DNA from: Promethearchaeota archaeon
Lineage (GTDB): Archaea > Asgardarchaeota > Lokiarchaeia > Sigyniarchaeales > SOKP01
DNA: 64,000 nucleotides
Assembly (NCBI GenBank): GCA_019057865.1
Contig: JAHLWP010000010.1
Span: forward strand, 32,001 to 96,000
Direction: 5' to 3'
This document shows positions 31,115-39,973 of the stretch, piece after piece. A program made the translations under genes and the position numbers. The notes under the pieces were generated by a model. It ran no database searches. It was not told the DNA's origin and was given only the letters and a program-made list of their open reading frames with translations. Position 1 is the stretch's first letter; every line of letters begins with the position of its first letter.

Positions 31115-32460
31115 GGTTTTTTCAACCCCTCCTCATTTGTCATTACTATAACCGCAGCATATGCCGCTCCAGGGCCTCCTATTGAGTGAGCAATAGCTCT
31201 GCCATTTTCAATTGTTTTTATTTGATGCTTTCCAGCATCCTCTCTAAGCTGAAGTGCTGCTTCACCTGTAGACATTATCCCGGTAGCACCAACAGCATGA
31301 CCACATCCAATTAATCCACCGCAAGGGCAACATGGTAATTCACCATCTAACCATGGCCCCTCCCCTGGTTTTTCAAAGGATTTTTCAATCCATGGACCAC
31401 CTTCCCCAAAAGGAACAAACCCAAGCTCCTCATAAGAGATGACTTCTTATCCAGAGAATATCGAACTGATATTCATTGTCCTGAGAAGGCATCATGGAGC
31501 TCTGCTAAATCAATTTGTTCCTTTATTTTATTATAGTCTAAGCCTGCCATCTTATACGCGGCTTTTGCAGCAAAAATATTTGAATATAACCTTCCCATAT
31601 CTTCTCTATTTCCTATAAAACAATCGGTATTTGCTGCTGCGACACCAGTAATCCAAATCGGCTTTTCAATTTTTAATTCTCTTACTTTTTCTTCACTTGC
31701 GAGAATTAATGCTGCTGATGCTTCTGAATATAAACAACAATCAAGCATCTTGAAGGGATGACAAATTATCCTTGAGTATAGGACATCATCTAAGGAAATT
31801 TTCATAGGGGATTGTGCTTTTGGATTGAGCATAGCATTCCCATGGTTTTTTACGCTAACTTTAGCCAATTTTAACTAATTGTTAAGATTTAAAGCCATTT
31901 GTTCTTCGGTAGGATTACCGAATTCTTCATAATGGGCGTTTACCATAGAAACGTACGAGGTTGCTGCCATCATTCCCATAGGATATTTACGAAATATGTA
32001 GAACTTACACCATTTTTTCGTAAGTCATATCAGTAGAATAGGCGATGGCATTCAAAACTTCAGGTGTCGTAGTTCCTGTTTGTTCGTCATAGCAATCATT
32101 GCATTTTTCGACTCCTATACATAAACATAAGTCAGATAAGCCAGAAGCTACTTCTGCAAAAGCCATTCGGACAGTATATCCTCCTGTTGCTCCTCCTGTT
32201 GCTATACGAGTACCAGGTTTATTATTCATCCCTATATAGGAATTACAAAAAATATCTGGCATAAATTGTCTTTCAAATAGCTCATTATAGATTCCATATA
32301 CCGTAGATTGTAAATCCTTATGAGTTATTTCAGCACCGTTATTATTTGCGTCCTCAAGTGCTAATTTTGTTGCATCATATGCTAATTCAAAATATGTCTT
32401 ATCTAAATACTGGGCTTTAAAAGGAGTAATTCCTATACCTATAATCGCAACTTTCTTCAC
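31111..32460 (-). CDS. Thiolase superfamily protein, predicted four-exon gene (join 32460-32017, 31985-31891, 31860-31478, 31448-31111; 1260 nt, 419 aa)
   Basis: Removing three BHB-flanked inserts gives one ORF: ...DMTYE|YPMGMMAATSYVSMVNAHYEEFGNPTEEQMAL|VSVKNHG...ELHDAFSGQ|EVISYEELG...GGLIGCGHAVGATG...AHSIGG...KKP*. No other stops or frameshifts. Confidence 0.85.
31449..31477 (-). other. Putative BHB mRNA intron 3 (29 nt, phase 1)
   Basis: Outer helix CUUCU/AGAAG, central helix CAGG/CUGG (one A.G mismatch), bulges AC^A and AU^A, inner stem GAAUAUC/GAUAUUC; product GGA C|AA GAA. Confidence 0.78.
31861..31890 (-). other. Putative BHB mRNA intron 2 (30 nt, phase 2)
   Basis: Outer helix AAU/GUU, central helix GGCU/GGCU (two G-C, two G.U), bulges UU^A and AA^A, inner stem AAUCUUAAC/GUUAAAAUU (8 of 9 paired); product AUG GCU UU|A GUU. 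Confidence 0.85.
31986..32016 (-). other. Putative BHB mRNA intron 1 (31 nt, phase 0)
   Basis: Central helix UACG/CGUA, bulges AA^A and AA^U, inner hairpin; cutting after the second bulge nucleotide gives UAC GAA|UAU CCU. Confidence 0.8.
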
Positions 32461-32627
32461 ATTTTTTCACATTTTATATTATTTTATGTTTTTTGATATT
32501 AGATATATTTATTATATATTCTTTTCCAATTTTTTTTAGAGAGTAAATCGTTAAAAGTTTAAATCTTACATTATTTAATTCTATAATTGTATTATAATTA
32601 ACAGTTTGTTAACAAAAGTGAAAAAAA

Positions 32628-33662
32628 TTGGTTTTAGAGACAAATATAACTGAAATGTTAGGAATTAAGCATCCAATTGTTGGAGCACCTATGGGACCTT
32701 TTTATACAACTGAATTAACGGTAGCAGTATCTGAAGCGGGAGGATTAGGAGTTTTAAGTCATACTAATTTATTCGGTAAAAGCAGTACTGAAGAAATGAA
32801 GAAAAATATGGAATATGTTATTGAACATACAGATAAACCTTTTGGTTTTAATATTAGAACAGCAAGGATGCAAATGGATGCTATAAAACTTTGTAGAGAA
32901 ATACCCAAGTTCATTATGAGCAAACCAAAATTAAGGGAACAGGTAAGATATGCAATAACTTCTGCTGGTTCCGCTCGTATGTTGCTAAGAAGTAAAAATT
33001 ACCAGAAATTAAAAGAAGTGTCTGATATCAGAAATTTCCATGTAGCTCCAGCATTTTGGTTAGCTAGAAAATGCGTAGAGGCAGGAGTTGATGGGCTTGT
33101 AGTAACTGGATTTGAAGGGGGTGGTCATCAATCATATGAGAAAACATCTACCTTAGTTTTGATTCAACAGGTAAAACAAGCATTTCCTGATATTCCCATA
33201 ATTGCATGTGGAGGATTTGCAACGGGTGTAGGGCTTGCTGGAGCATTAGCAATGGGAGCAGGAGCGATAGCTATGGGAACTAGATTCATTGCATCAAAAG
33301 ATAGTGAATTTCATGAAAATTATAAACAAATTGTAGCTCCTGCGAAAGCTCCTGATACAACAGTAGTCACAGGATTTATAGCTCCAATAAGATTATGGAA
33401 AAATACATACACATCCCATCATGATACTGTGAAAAATAAAAATGAGAAACTCGTAAAGGAGAGTGAAATGTTAATACAAGATTTGCTTATTGATCAAAAG
33501 AATTATGAAATGGTATATGAAGGGTATATAGAAAATAGTGCTGTTCCTTTAGGTCAAAGTTGTGGTATAATCAATAGTATCGATAATGTAAAAGATATTA
33601 TTGAAAATATAGTAAAAGATGCAGAAATTTACCTTAAAAATTCAAATAACTTTATAAAATAA
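32628..33662 (+). CDS. Nitronate monooxygenase / FabK-like flavin oxidoreductase
   Basis: PIVGAPMG, AVSEAGGLG, G.EGGGH, ACGGF, MGTRF. Confidence 0.88.
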   Translation: MVLETNITEMLGIKHPIVGAPMGPFYTTELTVAVSEAGGLGVLSHTNLFGKSSTEEMKKNMEYVIEHTDKPFGFNIRTARMQMDAIKLCREIPKFIMSKPKLREQVRYAITSAGSARMLLRSKNYQKLKEVSDIRNFHVAPAFWLARKCVEAGVDGLVVTGFEGGGHQSYEKTSTLVLIQQVKQAFPDIPIIACGGFATGVGLAGALAMGAGAIAMGTRFIASKDSEFHENYKQIVAPAKAPDTTVVTGFIAPIRLWKNTYTSHHDTVKNKNEKLVKESEMLIQDLLIDQKNYEMVYEGYIENSAVPLGQSCGIINSIDNVKDIIENIVKDAEIYLKNSNNFIK

Positions 33663-33691
33663 ATTGATATTATAAAAAAAAATAATTTTGA

Positions 33692-35470
33692 TTATTCTTT
33701 AGTTCTTAATTCACGCCGTAATATTTTACCTACTACAGACTTGGGCAATTCTGGGATAATTTCTATTATCCTTGGATATTTAAATGCTGAAATATTAGTT
33801 TTACACCATTCCATTAGGTCTTCTTTTGAAACTTTATCTTGATATTCAGGTTTAAGCGAGACATAAGCTTTTATATTCTCTTCCACTTCTGGATCTGGAA
33901 CTCCAACAACGCCAACTTCATTAATAGCTTCATGAAGATACATTAGATCTTCAACTTCTCTTGGAAATACAGAGTGTCCCTTATATTTAATCATATCTCT
34001 TTTACGGTCCTTGATATGTAGGTATCCATCGTGGTCTATACAACCAATATCCGTCGTATAATACCAAGTTCTTCCTTTTGAATCTTTTCTCAATGCATAT
34101 TCAGTAGCTTCTGGTCTATTTAAATAACCTAGAAATACTTGGGGTCCACAACCACAAATTTCTCCAATATATTTTGCCTCATCTGGTCCGCAGTCATCAC
34201 AATTATCATTAGGGCATTGAGGCAAAATTTTTGTGCCATCTTCAGGATCAACAATTTTTATCAATGTATCTGAAACGGGGAAGCCTACTGTATTTTCCTT
34301 ATATTTATGGAATGGTGTGACCGTTAATATTGGACTTGTCTCGCTCATTCCAAAACCTTCTACGATTAACGCACCAGTGATATCTTCAAATTCCTGTTTC
34401 ACCTCTAAAGGGAGAGCAGAAGCCCCACTTAAGCATGCAATAAGAGAATCAAGTTTTCCTTTATACTTGATGGAACCTGGGTCTTGACTAATCTTATTCC
34501 ATAAAGTTGGCACACCAGGACCAAAAGCTATGCTTTCTTGTTTAATCATTTTTAATATCTTTGAAAGCTTAGCAGGTGGTTTTATAAATAAAACTAGTTT
34601 ATATCCATGATACACTCCAATATTCATTGCTATTGATAATGCAAATTCATGTGCTAAAGGTAATACAACAAACATTCCCCCTTTACCTAAAGTTTCTTCT
34701 ACTTTTGGTAGTTGAGTTCGCACAAAAGTGCTACCCTGTTGCGCGTTTACCACAAAATTAAAATGTGACATCATACACCCTTTTGGAAGCCCTGTAGTAC
34801 CTCCAGTATATATCAAAGTAGAAACGTCTTCTATAGGATTTATATTCACGGCTGGTAACTCTATCGGAAGTCCTCTTGTTAAAAAGTCTTGAAATTTATG
34901 GAAATTCACATCTCCAACTTTTGTTGGCCATTTTTTCATTCTTGGAACCTTTCCTAAAGCGGTCCCTAATTTAGCCTTCATTGGGGGCAGATATTCAGCA
35001 ATTCCAGTCAATATAATATCCTTTAATGTAGGCATTTTACTCAATTCATTGCCATGTAAATATTCTTCATAGAGTATATCTAAAATAATCAAAACTTTTC
35101 CTTTAGAATCATTTGTTTGATGAACAATTTCTGTAAATCTATTTAATGGAATGATGGGATTAGCAATAGCACCAATTCGAACTATACCAAAATATGTAAT
35201 TACAAATTGAGGGACATTAGGTAAATCTATAAGTATAACATCCCCCTTTTTAATTCCCATTCTTGCGAGGGCTGTAGCAAATTGATCTGCTGCTTCATCT
35301 AATTCTTTATATGTCATCTGAAATCCTTCAAAATAAATAGCTTGACTTTCTGGGTACGTCTCAGCTGTATTTCTTAACATCTGTCCTAAGGATATTTCAT
35401 CATAGTCAATATGGCGAGGTGTTTCTTTAGGCCATAACTTCATCCAATACTCAGTAATTTCATCACTCAT
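33692..35470 (-). CDS. Long-chain acyl-CoA ligase (AMP-forming)
   Basis: YTGGTTGLPKG, EGFGMSETSP, DRKRDMI, LPKSVVGKILRR. Confidence 0.93.
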   Translation of the reverse strand: MSDEITEYWMKLWPKETPRHIDYDEISLGQMLRNTAETYPESQAIYFEGFQMTYKELDEAADQFATALARMGIKKGDVILIDLPNVPQFVITYFGIVRIGAIANPIIPLNRFTEIVHQTNDSKGKVLIILDILYEEYLHGNELSKMPTLKDIILTGIAEYLPPMKAKLGTALGKVPRMKKWPTKVGDVNFHKFQDFLTRGLPIELPAVNINPIEDVSTLIYTGGTTGLPKGCMMSHFNFVVNAQQGSTFVRTQLPKVEETLGKGGMFVVLPLAHEFALSIAMNIGVYHGYKLVLFIKPPAKLSKILKMIKQESIAFGPGVPTLWNKISQDPGSIKYKGKLDSLIACLSGASALPLEVKQEFEDITGALIVEGFGMSETSPILTVTPFHKYKENTVGFPVSDTLIKIVDPEDGTKILPQCPNDNCDDCGPDEAKYIGEICGCGPQVFLGYLNRPEATEYALRKDSKGRTWYYTTDIGCIDHDGYLHIKDRKRDMIKYKGHSVFPREVEDLMYLHEAINEVGVVGVPDPEVEENIKAYVSLKPEYQDKVSKEDLMEWCKTNISAFKYPRIIEIIPELPKSVVGKILRRELRTKE

Positions 35471-35589
35471 ATTAAATCAATTTTGAATTTTCTGTAAATA
35501 TGAATAATATTAATTCAATGAATATTTAAAATTTTAATAAAAATCAGAGTCAATTTCAGAATAAATATTAATATAGAACAATACCTAAG

Positions 35590-36027
35590 TTATATTCTCA
35601 TCTTATATAAATTTTTATCAGGGACATAACTCATCATAATCAAATCATCTCTTATATCCCAGCCCAAATTAAAATAAAAATCTACAACCTGCTTATTATA
35701 TTTTTCAATGAATAAATGAACTTTATGTACTCTCATTTTATGAAACCTTGCAATTAATTCATCTATCAACATTTTACCATATCTTCTTTTTTGGTAATCA
35801 GGTTCTACAGCTAGATGATGGATATATCCTCTTCTTCCATCGAATCCTCCCATTACAACACCAATGATTTTCTCATTTACCCTACCTATTAGGAAAAGAT
35901 TTGGATTTCTTTTAAGCATTCTTTGGATTTCCTCTCTCGTATCAGTGGAACCTGCACTAATTCCTGCCTTTCTCCAAAGATTAATTACATCTTCATATAA
36001 TTCCATAGAAAATTTTTCGATTTTCAT
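35590..36027 (-). CDS. GNAT acetyltransferase (YpeA-like)
   Basis: MGGFDGRRGYIHHLAVEPDYQKRRYG. Confidence 0.9.
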   Translation of the reverse strand: MKIEKFSMELYEDVINLWRKAGISAGSTDTREEIQRMLKRNPNLFLIGRVNEKIIGVVMGGFDGRRGYIHHLAVEPDYQKRRYGKMLIDELIARFHKMRVHKVHLFIEKYNKQVVDFYFNLGWDIRDDLIMMSYVPDKNLYKMRI

Positions 36028-36075
36028 CTTATTGAGATATTTAACAAACTTTTTAAGTTTTTTATTAGGAATATT

Positions 36076-38160
36076 TTAGTTATTAAAAGATTCTAGAGAT
36101 AATCTGGATATATTTTTCCTTACTTCTGTTTTATCATCAACAATCTTTTTTACATATTCTGAGATTTCTTTTCTTTTATTAATGTCCGAGGAGATTGGTA
36201 AGATTACGTCCATAATTCTGTTTCCAATCGTTGCAATTGTTCCTTGAACAAAAGTAATTGCTTGAATTTGTTTTTGCACAATATCTAAATTCAATAAATA
36301 TAAAAGGAGATAAGAATCAATAAATTCATTATTTTCTAATACTTTTATCTGGAATATATGACTTTGAATTATTATTTTAGTATCTAAGCTAGTTATATAA
36401 GCAGTTTTTCCAATCAAATTAGGCCCACCATCCTTAACTAATAGGATGTCTCCTTCTTCTATATTCTGTTTTAGTTTATAATGCTTATAAACTTCTTCAC
36501 TTGTCTTTTTATATGAATCTAAATTTATTTCCCAATTATTTATTTCACTGGTCCGAATAAATGGAATATCACCTAAACCATAAACATGAGATCCTATTTC
36601 ATCTCCTCGAGGGAGATAACCACCCTTATTAGTATAAATTATTTTTTGGTTTGTTAAATTTTTAATACTTAAAAGTGTGAAATTTTTATCATCTGCCAGT
36701 CTCTTTAAAGTTTTTTCTACACCGATATAATAAATCGGGATGAAAATTTTATCTTTAATCTGGCTAAATTTAATCTTAAAGATTTTTTGTTCCTTTAAAT
36801 AGTCAAATTCTTCAGCCTTTCTTATTTTTAAGTGTAAACCTATGAGGTCATCGTTTACTATTGGATAGCCTGCAGAATCTAATTTTTTACTTCCATCTTT
36901 ATTCAATTTATATGAAACCTTACCATCTTTATCATGTCCCACATTTTCCACAATTGCAAAATCAATTGTATAATCTGCCGGAATATTATTTAATTTTTGA
37001 AAGAATAAAATACTTGTTTTATTACATGTATAAGGTTGAAAGGTATTCTGATCTAATGAGATAATAGCTAAGATTTTACCATTAGAAGTTAAATATTCCC
37101 AGATATAGCGATCTGTAGGATTTCCGAATATCCCTTCTGGTAAGACAATACCTAGCTTTCCTCCATCTTTAAGGAACTGAATGCACCTTTCAATAAATAA
37201 AACTTGGGGTGGTTGTTGTTTTACTAACTTTTCTTGCATTTTCCACTCATCACCAATATTTTTCCAAATATGACCAAGCTTGTAATCTTTTAAAATTTCT
37301 TTATCGTTTATAGGAATTTTAACACCAAACGGAGGATTAGTAAAAATATAATCAAAGAAATTGTCTTTTATTACTTCTTTTGCTTGAGTTCCATAACTTT
37401 TGGGATCCAAAGAATCCTCACAAAAAATATTAGATTTTCCATTACTCAATATTTCTAAGTATAATTTACTAATTTTTGCTAAGAAGAGGTCTTTATCAAT
37501 ACCAAATAAATTTGAAATAGAATTAATTCTTTTTTCTTCAGAGCTGATTTTTGACCATAACAATTCCTTTACTTCAAGAAGGAACCCGCCATGACCACAC
37601 CCGGGATCTAGTAGTTTTGCATCAACAGTAGGATCTAAATAATGTACCATGAATTCAATGATATTTGGAGGGGTAAAAAATTGCCCTCCTTCATCTTTTA
37701 AAATCTTACTTACAAAAATCTCAAAAGCATCACTTAATATGTCTTTAGAGGATTTTAATAATGAAATCTGCTGTAATTCTTTCACAATTAGGTATAAAAG
37801 TTCTTTATTTAGGCTAATTTGCTCGTTTTCACTAATTATATCCTTATATTTTTCTTTAACATTTTTTTCGAATAGTTTTTGTATTCTTTCAAATAAATCT
37901 TCTATTGATTCACCTTTTTTAATACAAAAATCCACAATTTCATTATCATCCTTGCTAATTTCATCAGTTAATTTACAAAGTAAGAGATTTATTATTTCTT
38001 TAGATCTTGTCCTTGTATCTGTATCAGTTTGTTTTAATTTAGCATATAAATGTTGATTAATTGAGATAAAGGTCTTCTTTAAATTTGGAGACTTTATTAG
38101 ATCTTCTTTTTTAATTCCATTGGACCCTATTTCTAAGAAATCGGTAATGTGAACAGGCAT
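36076..38160 (-). CDS. N6-adenine DNA methyltransferase (Type I HsdM-like) fused to an HsdS-like target-recognition domain
   Basis: GQFFTP, DPGCGHGGFL, NPPFG, LF..RC...LK.GGKLGIVLPEG; C-terminal IPFIRTSEI...GDILLVKDG..IGKTA. Confidence 0.88.
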   Translation of the reverse strand: MPVHITDFLEIGSNGIKKEDLIKSPNLKKTFISINQHLYAKLKQTDTDTRTRSKEIINLLLCKLTDEISKDDNEIVDFCIKKGESIEDLFERIQKLFEKNVKEKYKDIISENEQISLNKELLYLIVKELQQISLLKSSKDILSDAFEIFVSKILKDEGGQFFTPPNIIEFMVHYLDPTVDAKLLDPGCGHGGFLLEVKELLWSKISSEEKRINSISNLFGIDKDLFLAKISKLYLEILSNGKSNIFCEDSLDPKSYGTQAKEVIKDNFFDYIFTNPPFGVKIPINDKEILKDYKLGHIWKNIGDEWKMQEKLVKQQPPQVLFIERCIQFLKDGGKLGIVLPEGIFGNPTDRYIWEYLTSNGKILAIISLDQNTFQPYTCNKTSILFFQKLNNIPADYTIDFAIVENVGHDKDGKVSYKLNKDGSKKLDSAGYPIVNDDLIGLHLKIRKAEEFDYLKEQKIFKIKFSQIKDKIFIPIYYIGVEKTLKRLADDKNFTLLSIKNLTNQKIIYTNKGGYLPRGDEIGSHVYGLGDIPFIRTSEINNWEINLDSYKKTSEEVYKHYKLKQNIEEGDILLVKDGGPNLIGKTAYITSLDTKIIIQSHIFQIKVLENNEFIDSYLLLYLLNLDIVQKQIQAITFVQGTIATIGNRIMDVILPISSDINKRKEISEYVKKIVDDKTEVRKNISRLSLESFNN

Positions 38161-38247
38161 ATTTTTTATATATTAAAAATTACCTATTACTCACTATATT
38201 CAATAAGACTATTATTATTTTTTATTAAATGAAAATTAATTTTATAT

Positions 38248-39030
38248 ATGTCTCTAAAAGATCTCGATATCGGAGAATACATTGAATTTAATGTAAAGAA
38301 GAGATTTGCAATAATAACACTTAATAGGGTTCATAGATCAAATGCATTTACAATTGAGCAATTAAGATTCTTAAAAAAAGCAATAGAATATTGTCAAAAT
38401 TCAGAAAAAATTCGAGGTTTAATCCTAACTGCAAATGGAACAACTTTTAGTACAGGTATGGACTTGGATTTTATTGATGGTAGTGATCATAATGCTGTAA
38501 AAGACCTTGAGAGAACTGCTGCTGAGATTTGTATGTTATTATTTAATGGAAAGCCTGCGATTGCGGCTATAAATGGCCGTTGTTTAGGTGAGGGTGTTGT
38601 ATTTCTTTTATGTTGTGATTATAGGATAAATGTTAAAGACACTTATTTCCAATATCCTGAAATCTTTTCTGGTATTTTTCCGGGTACAGGTTGTATAGTA
38701 TTAATGACTAGAATTATCGGGATTCCTTGGACAAAAAGGATGTTAATGCTAGCTGAAAAGATTAGCTCTGAAAAGGCGTTAGAAATTGGGTTAATTGATC
38801 AAATAGTTGATTCCAAAGAAGAATTGATGCAAGCTGCTATTGATAAGGCAAAATTTCTCTTTCCTAAAAATCAAACTGTTCTTAATGCTATTAAATTGTG
38901 TTCAAATCATTTACTTGATAAAATTTATCATAAAGCTTACGAATTAGAAAAAGAGGCTTCAGGGTGGTTTGAATATGATAATAAAAATAAATTCATAAGT
39001 GATTTTAGAGAAAAGTTATCATCATTATAA
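38248..39030 (+). CDS. Enoyl-CoA hydratase/isomerase
   Basis: ITLNR...NA, FSTGMDL, KP.IAAING, PE...GI.PG.G. Confidence 0.92.
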   Translation: MSLKDLDIGEYIEFNVKKRFAIITLNRVHRSNAFTIEQLRFLKKAIEYCQNSEKIRGLILTANGTTFSTGMDLDFIDGSDHNAVKDLERTAAEICMLLFNGKPAIAAINGRCLGEGVVFLLCCDYRINVKDTYFQYPEIFSGIFPGTGCIVLMTRIIGIPWTKRMLMLAEKISSEKALEIGLIDQIVDSKEELMQAAIDKAKFLFPKNQTVLNAIKLCSNHLLDKIYHKAYELEKEASGWFEYDNKNKFISDFREKLSSL

Positions 39031-39073
39031 TTTTAATGATATTGAAAAGAAAAAAAAGTGAAAAAGAATAAAA

Positions 39074-39850
39074 ATGTCATTTGAAGGTTTAGAATTTGGA
39101 GAATTTATAGAATTTTCTATAAAAAAAAGATTTGGAATAATTACCCTAAATAGAGCAGAACGAGCAAATGCTTTAACTACTGAAATGTTAAAAGATTTGA
39201 AAAGAGCAATTGAGTATTGTATGGATAATGTAAAAATAAGAGGAATTATATTGACTGGAAATGGTTCAAGTTTTACAACGGGAATGGATATTGATTCTAT
39301 AGATGGAAGTAATCATGCTGCTGTTAAAGAATATGAACAAACCGCTGCCTTTATCGCGAAATCAATATATTATGGAAAACCAACCATTTGTGCTATTAAT
39401 GGTAAGGCAATGGGTGATGGTGTTGCCTATTCTCTATGCTCTGATTATCGAATAGCTGTTAAAGAAAGTTTTTTTATGATGCCTGAAATAAATTTAGGTA
39501 TTTTTCCTGGAACTGGAACAATTGTGTTAATGACAAGAGTTATTGGGATACCTTGGACAAAAAAAATACTTATGTTTGCTGAAAAATTAAGCTCTGAAAA
39601 AGCGTTAGAAATTGGATTAATTGATCAAATAGTTGATTCCCAAGAAGAATTGATGCAAGCTGCTATTGATAAAGCAAAATTTCTCTTTCCTAAAAATCAA
39701 ACTGTTCTTAATGCTATTAAATTATGTAGTAACCATTTACTTGATAAATCATATAAAGAAGCATATGAATTAGAAAAATATGGGTCTGCTTGGTATGAGT
39801 ATGAAGATAGAGATCAATATATTAAGGATTTTAGAAAGAGACTCTATTAA
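39074..39850 (+). CDS. Enoyl-CoA hydratase/isomerase, tandem paralog
   Basis: Same crotonase motifs as the neighbour. Confidence 0.92.
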   Translation: MSFEGLEFGEFIEFSIKKRFGIITLNRAERANALTTEMLKDLKRAIEYCMDNVKIRGIILTGNGSSFTTGMDIDSIDGSNHAAVKEYEQTAAFIAKSIYYGKPTICAINGKAMGDGVAYSLCSDYRIAVKESFFMMPEINLGIFPGTGTIVLMTRVIGIPWTKKILMFAEKLSSEKALEIGLIDQIVDSQEELMQAAIDKAKFLFPKNQTVLNAIKLCSNHLLDKSYKEAYELEKYGSAWYEYEDRDQYIKDFRKRLY

Positions 39851-39973
39851 AAGAAAGACTTTTTTGAAGATAATAATTAATCAAAAAAGTCGATAATCTC
39901 AAATAAATTAAAACTTTTTAACTAATTCTATCAATATTAATTATTAACAACTTCATTTTATTAAAAATTAAAG

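Noticed and set aside
31111-32460. Reading the split thiolase as an ordinary pseudogene
   Set aside because: All three lesions are similar-sized hairpin inserts with BHB geometry that restore the frame exactly, and there are no point stops or 1-nt indels in 1260 nt of exon.
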